Below, piece by piece: positions 25,888-32,026 of a stretch of DNA of 32,026 nucleotides. The notes under the pieces are model-generated. The model made no database searches. It saw only the letters and a list, made by a program, of their open reading frames with translations, and was not told the origin of the DNA. The DNA comes from a virus (lineage: Duplodnaviria > Caudoviricetes). The DNA lies in the IMG/VR virus record IMGVR_UViG_3300014202_000360, positions 1-32,026 of that record; one strand, written 5' to 3'. The number at the start of each line of letters is the position of its first letter. Position 1 is the stretch's first letter. The translations under genes and the position numbers were made by a program.

Positions 25888-26075
25888 CCGGCGGCATCCC
25901 CCTCGGCCTTGGGCGCGCGGGGCTTGGGCGTGACAATCTCATCCTCGACGGCGGCAGTCGGGAAACTCTCCCGAAGCTGATCGAGCAACGGCTTTGCTGC
26001 GACCAGCGCGGCCGCTTCCTCCCACTTGTCATCCGGCAGGGTGACGACGGCGGAAATTCTCAGTTCTCTCGGCAT
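25884..26075 (-). CDS. Hypothetical protein (63 aa)
   Basis: AGGAG RBS and phage-like codons. Confidence 0.7.
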   Translation of the reverse strand: MPRELRISAVVTLPDDKWEEAAALVAAKPLLDQLRESFPTAAVEDEIVTPKPRAPKAEGDAAG

Positions 26076-26092
26076 GATTTCTCCTGTTGCGA

Positions 26093-26431
26093 TTACGACA
26101 GAGCCGAGACGATCGCGCGGAACACGTGGTCCTTGACGCGCTGGTCAAACGGCAGTTCGTCGTATGGGACGATGCACGGGTGGGTCTTGGCCTCGGCGTC
26201 CTTGACGTCGCCATGCACCCAGCCGGCCGCGATCTTGTCGGCCATCCAGGCTTCGTGCTGTGCGGCGGCGGGAGCGTCGGGATTGTTGCGGGCAAACATG
26301 ACGCCGTTGATGGCGCTATCCCGCTGCCACGCCTCGGCCTCAGCCCAGGGCTTTTGCGAGTGATCGCCCGCCGCTTCGCAGATCGCGCGGTTGGCTTCGT
26401 GGCAGACCTTGGCTACTTCGATGGGTTCCAT
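26093..26431 (-). CDS. Stand-alone RyR-domain protein
   Basis: AKVCHEANRA.C...GD.SQ.PW...HEAWM..K...GW.HG..KD...KTHPCIVPY..LP..QR.KD..F. Confidence 0.88.
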   Translation of the reverse strand: MEPIEVAKVCHEANRAICEAAGDHSQKPWAEAEAWQRDSAINGVMFARNNPDAPAAAQHEAWMADKIAAGWVHGDVKDAEAKTHPCIVPYDELPFDQRVKDHVFRAIVSALS

Positions 26432-26478
26432 GTGTTCGATGTCCTGTGCTGTGCCCGGGACCGCCGGGCGCGGATTGG

Positions 26479-26676
26479 TTAGGCCCGGATCACCCGAGCA
26501 ATCTCCGCCCACGTCATGAAGTCCGACACGGGCGTAACCATCGGCCGCTGATGCTGCCCCTCGGGACAGAACGCGACCTGCCCGCCGCTGACGGAGGTGA
26601 CAATGCGCGGGGCATGGGTGATGCGGCCCGTGGTGGTGCGCTTGGTCGGGCTGTAGCGGCCGGGGGTGATGTTCAT
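26479..26676 (-). CDS. Hypothetical protein (65 aa)
   Basis: ATGA overlap with the methyltransferase stop; GGAG RBS. Confidence 0.6.
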   Translation of the reverse strand: MNITPGRYSPTKRTTTGRITHAPRIVTSVSGGQVAFCPEGQHQRPMVTPVSDFMTWAEIARVIRA

Positions 26677-29168
26677 GCCGCGTTCTCCAGCGCGAACAGG
26701 TCCGGCACCGACATTTCCCGCTCCGTCTCGGCCAGATACCGGCACCCATCGCGGTAGTATTCCGCGTTCAATTCGACCGCGCGGCCGCGCCTACCGAGGC
26801 GCATGGCCCGCACAGGGACCGTGAACAGACCGCCGAACGGATCGAAGATCGTTTCGCCCTTGGCGCTGTAACGCTCGATGAGGCGGTCAACGATGTCGAA
26901 TTGCAGGGGGCAAACGTGCATCTGCAGGTTCCGGCTCGCCTGATCGCCGTTCAGGGTCCGCATCCGGTTCACATCGGTCCACACGTCGGGATGGTGAGAG
27001 CCGGGGGCGATGGCCATGAAGGTCGCGGGAAGCCGTCCAGTGCTGGCCAGGCCGTCGCCAATGGCCACATGATCCGCGAAGTCATAGACCTGCTGCAGCG
27101 TCCATTCGGGGAACATCTTGGCCAACTTGTCCGGCCCGTATCCGGCCAACTCCTCGGCCGTCAGCAGCCGGTTGCCGCCGGATCGCCAGAACGCATGGGC
27201 ATCCACCTGCCACCGCGCCCGCGTGTAATCCTCCTTAGACTTCGCGACCGGGACATCGGCATAGCCACGGCTGGTGTCAGTCGGCAGCTTGCGGAACAGC
27301 AGCACATACTCAGGCGACCCGACGCCCATCTTCGTGCCGTCCTTGGCGTTCTCGGACCAGCCGAGGCGGTATGTCTGATTATTCTCCCGCACAACGTCGG
27401 TGACGATGGTCACCATGCCGAAATAGACGAACCCATGCTTCCGGTAATGTGCGATGCAATCCGCGTGGAAGGGCTCGACCGATGGCATCCCGTAGCCGGT
27501 GACGTTGCCGAAGTTGATGCGATCCTTGACATGGATGCACGCCACCCGGCCGGGCCGCAGGACCCGGAGAAGGTTCGGCGTCAGGAAGTCCATCTGCTTG
27601 AAGAAGCGGGCGTTGTCGTCATTGTGGCCGAAGTCGTTGTATGAGGCGCTGTATTCGTAGTGGTTCCCGAACGGGATGGACGTGATGATCTGGTCCACCG
27701 AGTTTTCGGTCATCAAGTCGCATTCCATGACCGTATCGTTGTGCGCCACATGATAGAGGTCGGACTTCTTCTCGAATCGCGTCACGCCAATGGTGCGGGT
27801 CAATTCAGCCTCCAGGCCGAGGGTTGAAAGGCCATGCTCGCGGATGAGCGCCGACATTTGTTCTGTCAGTGTCTCGTGTTCCTGCCATTTCGCTTGCAGC
27901 GTGCGCCACACTTCGCGCTCGGTTTCCGCCACGATGAAGTCGATGATCACCGGCTTATCTTGCAGATACCGGCGGATGCGGTGGACGGCCTGGATCACGT
28001 CGTTGAACTGATAGTTGATCCCGAGGAAGATCGCCCGGTGGCAATGGCGCTGCCAGTTCGTGCCGGAACCGGAGACTTCCGGCTTGCTGGCGACGATGCG
28101 GATTTGCCCATCGGCAAAGGCCAGTGTGCGGCGCTCGCGTTCATCGAGATCGAGGCTGCCGTAGATTTCCGCCGCCTCGGGGATCGCCTTTTTGATGGCG
28201 TGCCGTTCGGCCTCAAGGTGGTGCCAGATGATGAAGTGATCGTCCGGCGCGGCGTTGATGATCTCAAGCGCCTTGTCGATACGCGGCGCGATGCTCTCCC
28301 GCTTCTCGGATGCGGCTTCTTTCAGCCCCAGCGCGGCATCCTTGAACATGATCGCCTGGCCGTCGCGATCGGCTCCGCCTGAGATATCCAGCGCGCGGAC
28401 CTCATGCACATTGATGACCATTTCCGGCATGTCGTAGCCGGCGTCATCATGGCCGAGGTCGGAAGGGCGCTGCACAAACGCGGCCCAGGAATGGAGCCAC
28501 AGGTAGAACTCGCGCTCCATGTGCGGATAGATCGTGAGGTTGTTCGCCTTTGTGCTGTCCCGCTGGAAAAATCGCGTCAGGGCTTGCCCGGTGTCCATCA
28601 CGCCAAGAAAACCGGCGTAGTGGATCAGTTCCTTGTATCGATTGGGCGATGGCGTAGCGGTAGCCACGAACCGATACCGGACCGATGCGAACAACGTCAG
28701 GAAGGATTGATAGGTGAGGGAGCCGTAGGACCGCAGAACGCTCGCTTCATCCAGTGAGGCGACGGTAAACAGGGTCGGGTCCAGCTTGCCGTCCCGCACG
28801 CTCTCGTAATTCGTGAGGTAGATACCGTCGCCCGCCACTTCATCGGACCGGCGAACGAACGTGACGGACAGGCCGAGCTTTTCCGCATCGCGGCGGAACT
28901 CTTGCCGGACACCCAGCGGCAGGACGATCAGCCCGCGTCCGCCTTCCGCCGCGAGGATCAGTCGGACGCATTCGAGTTGCATCATGGACTTGCCCAGGCC
29001 GAACGCGGCGAATATCGCGGCGCGGCCCTTCCGACATGCCCACTGGACGATATCGACCTGATGTGGCTTGAGCATGGAGTTTACGTCGGACCGCTCAATG
29101 GCGATCCCCGTATCACGGGAGAATTTGAATTTAGACTGTAGGAAGTCGAGATACGCAGAGTGGTCCAT
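26673..29168 (-). CDS. SNF2-like helicase fused to an N4/N6 DNA methyltransferase
   Basis: FGLGKS, LDEAS, TATPSPN and QAVHRI.R helicase motifs; then TSIPF (motif IV variant), HVCPLQ and FDPFGGLFT (motif I) in beta-class order. Confidence 0.9.
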   Translation of the reverse strand: MDHSAYLDFLQSKFKFSRDTGIAIERSDVNSMLKPHQVDIVQWACRKGRAAIFAAFGLGKSMMQLECVRLILAAEGGRGLIVLPLGVRQEFRRDAEKLGLSVTFVRRSDEVAGDGIYLTNYESVRDGKLDPTLFTVASLDEASVLRSYGSLTYQSFLTLFASVRYRFVATATPSPNRYKELIHYAGFLGVMDTGQALTRFFQRDSTKANNLTIYPHMEREFYLWLHSWAAFVQRPSDLGHDDAGYDMPEMVINVHEVRALDISGGADRDGQAIMFKDAALGLKEAASEKRESIAPRIDKALEIINAAPDDHFIIWHHLEAERHAIKKAIPEAAEIYGSLDLDERERRTLAFADGQIRIVASKPEVSGSGTNWQRHCHRAIFLGINYQFNDVIQAVHRIRRYLQDKPVIIDFIVAETEREVWRTLQAKWQEHETLTEQMSALIREHGLSTLGLEAELTRTIGVTRFEKKSDLYHVAHNDTVMECDLMTENSVDQIITSIPFGNHYEYSASYNDFGHNDDNARFFKQMDFLTPNLLRVLRPGRVACIHVKDRINFGNVTGYGMPSVEPFHADCIAHYRKHGFVYFGMVTIVTDVVRENNQTYRLGWSENAKDGTKMGVGSPEYVLLFRKLPTDTSRGYADVPVAKSKEDYTRARWQVDAHAFWRSGGNRLLTAEELAGYGPDKLAKMFPEWTLQQVYDFADHVAIGDGLASTGRLPATFMAIAPGSHHPDVWTDVNRMRTLNGDQASRNLQMHVCPLQFDIVDRLIERYSAKGETIFDPFGGLFTVPVRAMRLGRRGRAVELNAEYYRDGCRYLAETEREMSVPDLFALENAA

Positions 29169-29216
29169 CGTTCATCCTTCCGATCATCACACGGGTTATC
29201 CCCGCTTCATCCGCCC

Positions 29217-29310
29217 CGAAAAGCCGCCGGCCCCCGTGAAGGGACCGGCGCAGTTGATCGGGGAGAAACGTCCGGCAGACTGACCGACTTCACGGCCCCC
29301 GGTCTGCCAG
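29217..29310 (-). ncRNA. suhB/MmgR (alpha-r8)-like small RNA
   Basis: 5' hairpin GGCAGAC...GTCTGCC, unpaired anti-SD-like CGTTTCTCCCC, AACT, then a 10-bp hairpin CGCCGGTCCC/GGGGCCGGCG and GCTTTTC. Architecture recalled for suhB; no covariance search was run. Confidence 0.55.
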
Positions 29311-29442
29311 CGGGAAGGATCGACCGACGCGCGTCCCGGAGAACGGAACCGCCCGCGCCGGTCGTAGCCGGGTCCCAAGTCCACTTACAACGGGCGTCCA
29401 GTGCCGAAGCCTGGACACAATTGTTTGCGACATCCCGGCTAT

Positions 29443-29625
29443 TCATGCCGCGCGCTTCTTCTCGGCCTGCGCGGAGGTAATCCATTCGTGAAGCGTCGAA
29501 ACCGGAATGCCGGTTTGCTTGGCAATCGCGGCGTAGGTCATGCCGGCGGCGCGCATCCGAGCCACCATGGTCCGCTGTGACACGGTGCGGACGCGTGGCC
29601 AGTAGATTGCGGACAGCGTGATCAC
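29443..29625 (-). CDS. Small HTH DNA-binding protein
   Basis: MRAAGMTYAAIAKQTGIPVSTLHEWI helix-turn-helix; GTGA-coupled start with GAGG RBS. Confidence 0.75.
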   Translation of the reverse strand: MITLSAIYWPRVRTVSQRTMVARMRAAGMTYAAIAKQTGIPVSTLHEWITSAQAEKKRAA

Positions 29626-29714
29626 GGCAGCGCCTCGGCCAGCGCGAATATCCCCTGGTAGACGTAGAACCCGACGATCACGAGTGTGATGGTCCAGCCT
29701 ATGGCGCGGGTCAT
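29622..29714 (-). CDS. 30-aa single-TM micropeptide MTRAIGWTITLVIVGFYVYQGIFALAEALP
   Basis: Not in the track; ATGA and GTGA overlaps at both ends. Confidence 0.6.
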   Translation of the reverse strand: MTRAIGWTITLVIVGFYVYQGIFALAEALP

Positions 29715-30043
29715 GCGTCACCCGCTGCGGCTATGGCGCGGTCGAACGCGGCTAGGACTTCGGCGTGGGTGCGGGTGGGGGCGTCGTTCCAGTCCACGAG
29801 TTCCCAACTGTTAGGCCCCAATCCAATCGCTTCATTCAAAGAGCCTGATAGTTGATCAGTAACGCTCCCAGGCGTAACGTCAGCCACGTGTGCGATCGCG
29901 CCAATGACGCACCAGCAAACGGCTTTGGGGCTGTCGCAACGCGCTTTGTTCCTTTTCGCAGTCTTGGCATACGCTCCCTGCGTCCACCGTTCCGGCGCCT
30001 CGATCTTCGCCCTTGCGGCGATCAGGATTTCCTTGGGTGTCAT
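29711..30043 (-). CDS. DUF6197-like phage protein
   Basis: WTQG.YA...CWC.IGAI...WNDAP.RTHAEVLAAFDRAI. Confidence 0.75.
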   Translation of the reverse strand: MTPKEILIAARAKIEAPERWTQGAYAKTAKRNKARCDSPKAVCWCVIGAIAHVADVTPGSVTDQLSGSLNEAIGLGPNSWELVDWNDAPTRTHAEVLAAFDRAIAAAGDA

Positions 30044-30237
30044 GCGGCGCTCCTATCCTGACCCGCCATGAAGTCCGTCAGCCGCTGAACCGTCCGAAGC
30101 GTAATGTTCTTTCCGCTCCGGATGCGAGGCACGATCTTACCGTCATTCACGGCAGCCAGCCCGAATGCCGTATCGGTCATTCCGTGGCGTGCAATGAAGG
30201 CGTCGATCTGACGAATGAGTGTGGCGTAGGTGTCCAT
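30040..30237 (-). CDS. cro: Cro-like HTH regulator
   Basis: 65 aa, I.AF..RHGM..TAFG..AVND...V.R.R.G....L.T..RL..FM; first gene of the leftward operon. Confidence 0.75.
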   Translation of the reverse strand: MDTYATLIRQIDAFIARHGMTDTAFGLAAVNDGKIVPRIRSGKNITLRTVQRLTDFMAGQDRSAA

Positions 30238-30243
30238 GGCCCG

Positions 30244-30272
30244 AACATGACGCGGGAATAAATCCGTGTCAA
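30244..30272 (-). promoter_or_regulatory. Leftward sigma70-like promoter, probably giving a leaderless cro mRNA
   Basis: TTGACA-N17-CATGTT, 6 nt before the ATG, with no SD. Confidence 0.7.
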
Positions 30273-30319
30273 TGGGATTTTTCCGCTTGACGGCTGATCC
30301 GTGCCGTGGGATGTTTCCG
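30254..30319. promoter_or_regulatory. Three operator-like quasi-palindromic repeats
   Basis: GGGAATAAATCCG (30254-30266), GGGATTTTTCCG (30274-30285) and GGGATGTTTCCG (30308-30319), overlapping or lying between the two promoters. Confidence 0.6.
30287..30315 (+). promoter_or_regulatory. Rightward sigma70-like promoter
   Basis: TTGACG-N17-GATGTT upstream of the AAAGGAG RBS of the gene at 30364. Confidence 0.55.
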
Positions 30320-30363
30320 TCATCAGGGACGGGATGGCCGGACCGGAGAAAGGAGCATAGACC

Positions 30364-30645
30364 ATGGCAAATTTCCGGTTTTTCGCTGACATGGCGGACG
30401 GTTCAACCGTCATGAGCAAGCGCGCCGACTACGATATTGGTTCCAACAAGATGCCGCGAATCTGGGACGATACCACCCGCACTTGGCTCCGCGCTACCCG
30501 CACAGTCATCCGCAAGAATGCCCCCAGCATGCACGAGTGCGACACGCGCTGCATGAACGCGACGGGCCGCACCATGCAGTGTGAATGCTCATGCGGCGGC
30601 AAGAACCACGGCAAGGGAGTGGCGCTGGTATGTCTGGCAGCTTGA
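30364..30645 (+). CDS. Cys/His-rich putative Zn-binding early protein
   Basis: HECDTRCMNATG....CECSCGGKNHG; strong RBS. Confidence 0.8.
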   Translation: MANFRFFADMADGSTVMSKRADYDIGSNKMPRIWDDTTRTWLRATRTVIRKNAPSMHECDTRCMNATGRTMQCECSCGGKNHGKGVALVCLAA

Positions 30646-30935
30646 TGCACAACGGCGGAGGCGACTGCCTCTGCCACTTCCGCGCATACGGTGATTGCGA
30701 CTGCGGGAAAGATTACCGCAATCCAGAAGTCGACTTACCCCAACGGAGAACCGCCATGACCTGGACCCCCGCCGACATAATCCCCTGCGACCACCCCAAC
30801 GACACCGCGCCGCCTGTGCTGGTGCCCCCTCTGCGCCTGTTGCGCGCGCTGTCGGGTCCGAGTGATCCGCAGCCTGTGACGGTGGAGTTCCTGACGCTGG
30901 CGGACGTGGCTGATCTGACGGTGGGGTGGGTGTGA
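30645..30935 (+). CDS. Hypothetical protein
   Basis: TGATG-coupled; alternative start at 30756 with a GGAG RBS. Confidence 0.5.
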   Translation: MHNGGGDCLCHFRAYGDCDCGKDYRNPEVDLPQRRTAMTWTPADIIPCDHPNDTAPPVLVPPLRLLRALSGPSDPQPVTVEFLTLADVADLTVGWV

Positions 30936-31111
30936 TGGGCGCGCATTGGGAAATGATCACCCATTACGGGGACGAGGTAACAATTTCCGTGGGTGGTGGA
31001 GGGAAGGAAGTCGACATTGATATCGATGGCGACGTGGTTACGACCCTCAACGCCAACGGTCTCGACACCCTGATCGCCGCCCTTACGGAAGCGCGGAGGG
31101 CGATATCGTGA
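30935..31111 (+). CDS. Small beta-meander/helix protein
   Basis: TGATG-coupled; ends LNANGLDTLIAALTEA. Confidence 0.7.
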   Translation: MGAHWEMITHYGDEVTISVGGGGKEVDIDIDGDVVTTLNANGLDTLIAALTEARRAIS

Positions 31112-31416
31112 GCAACTATCCCCCCGGCTTCTCATGGGACCGCTTCGACGCCCACCACGGCACGGAGTTCCCCGAGCCGACTGCCACCACCGTTACCAAC
31201 CAACTCGGCTGGGAATGCGTCACGGACCACCCGGACCCGAACACGCGGACCACGGTCGGGCTTGTGTGGGACGACGGGTATCGGTGCTTCTTCCTCGACG
31301 TGTGCGAGGCCAAGCACGGGCGCCGGGCGGATGACAGCCTTGAGGTTCCGTTGTCGCGGGACGGTCTCCGCGCGCTGGTGGAGTTGGGCACGCGGATGCT
31401 GGGGGATCGGACGTGA
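31108..31416 (+). CDS. Hypothetical protein
   Basis: GGAGG RBS and GTGA overlap; MSNYPPG start; ends LSRDGLRALVE. Confidence 0.75.
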   Translation: MSNYPPGFSWDRFDAHHGTEFPEPTATTVTNQLGWECVTDHPDPNTRTTVGLVWDDGYRCFFLDVCEAKHGRRADDSLEVPLSRDGLRALVELGTRMLGDRT

Positions 31417-31607
31417 GCGGCTGGCCACGGGTGATTGAGGACGTGCACCGGGACACCGTGCGCGTAGATCACGTGGTGCATTTGGTAACAATCATCAGTA
31501 ATGCCGGCGGTCGCCAGACATTGATTGCCCTCACAGTCGACCAATGCGCCGCCCTGATCGCGGCCATCACCGACGCGGCGCGCGTGGTTACGGGAGAGGG
31601 GAAATGA
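31413..31607 (+). CDS. Small beta-meander/helix protein
   Basis: GTGA overlap; MSGWP start; ends LTVDQCAALIAAITDA. Confidence 0.7.
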   Translation: MSGWPRVIEDVHRDTVRVDHVVHLVTIISNAGGRQTLIALTVDQCAALIAAITDAARVVTGEGK

Positions 31608-31786
31608 GCGGTTGGCCGGTCGAGATCAGGGATCGTAGTGCTGCCTCCATTCGGGTATTCCCCGGCCCTACGACCGTGGCTCTCATCATGGAAGAAGGCG
31701 AGATGGCGACTTGCGTATGCCTCACCCCCGCCCAATCCGCCACCCTCCGCGCCGCGCTGGAAGCGGCTGAACAGGAAATGTCGTGA
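31604..31786 (+). CDS. Small beta-meander/helix protein, paralog of the preceding gene
   Basis: ATGA overlap and GGAGAGG RBS; MSGWP start; ends LTPAQSATLRAALEAA. Confidence 0.7.
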   Translation: MSGWPVEIRDRSAASIRVFPGPTTVALIMEEGEMATCVCLTPAQSATLRAALEAAEQEMS

Positions 31787-32001
31787 AAGAGTGGTGCTAT
31801 ATCTGCCGGACAACGGTGCCATCAAAGTATTGGCCTGATGTTGGGACGATCATTGGCGTATGCGCCGTCAATTTTTCAACCGTCGCTCAAACAATCCTCG
31901 AATGGCTGGATGATGGCCTGACAGTGGAACGTGTGCCAACGGCGTGGATCAAAGACCACATTTATACCCCTGAACCGTATCGACCGGAGACGCCGGAATG
32001 A
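31783..32001 (+). CDS. Hypothetical protein (72 aa)
   Basis: GTGA overlap upstream and ATGA overlap with a further ORF that runs off the window. Confidence 0.6.
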   Translation: MKEWCYICRTTVPSKYWPDVGTIIGVCAVNFSTVAQTILEWLDDGLTVERVPTAWIKDHIYTPEPYRPETPE

Positions 32002-32026
32002 CCCGCCAGTTCCCCCACCCCCACAC

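Noticed and set aside
29313-29441. tRNA- or tmRNA-like element (AGGATCGAC; 77-nt closed stem)
   Set aside because: No T-loop GTTCRA, no anticodon arm, no CCA end and no tag reading frame.

Overview
A 32-kb, GC-rich segment of a tailed phage or prophage with P22-like podovirus gene order. The host is probably alphaproteobacterial; this is inferred from the suhB/MmgR-like sRNA, the DUF6456-like regulator and the Cro family. Positions 30237 to 1 read on the minus strand as one largely translationally coupled run: Cro-like regulator, small genes, SNF2-helicase/DNA-methyltransferase fusion, RyR-domain protein, RusA, AAA_25 helicase with an adjacent iteron-like origin, late regulator, TerS/TerL, portal, scaffold, N4-gp56-type major capsid, decoration protein, head-tail adaptor, three accessory virion proteins (one with a GH18 domain), gp10-like nozzle, GNAT, three ejection proteins and a holin-like gene. 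Small early genes run on the plus strand from 30364. Most notable observations: (1) a 529-aa head-tail adaptor built as five 30-aa N-helix repeats followed by five 74-aa core repeats, which suggests a nested 'Russian-doll' multiplication of the adaptor fold; (2) a free-standing antisense HNH gene inserted in rusA that carries a recoded replacement N-terminus and leaves the original N-terminus orphaned; (3) a GH18 chitinase-like virion protein; (4) a DdrB-like ParB module inside an ejection protein; (5) a divergent cro switch with operator-like repeats but no cI; (6) several structured RNA candidates and unannotated membrane micropeptides. All family assignments come from motif recognition by eye; no searches were run.
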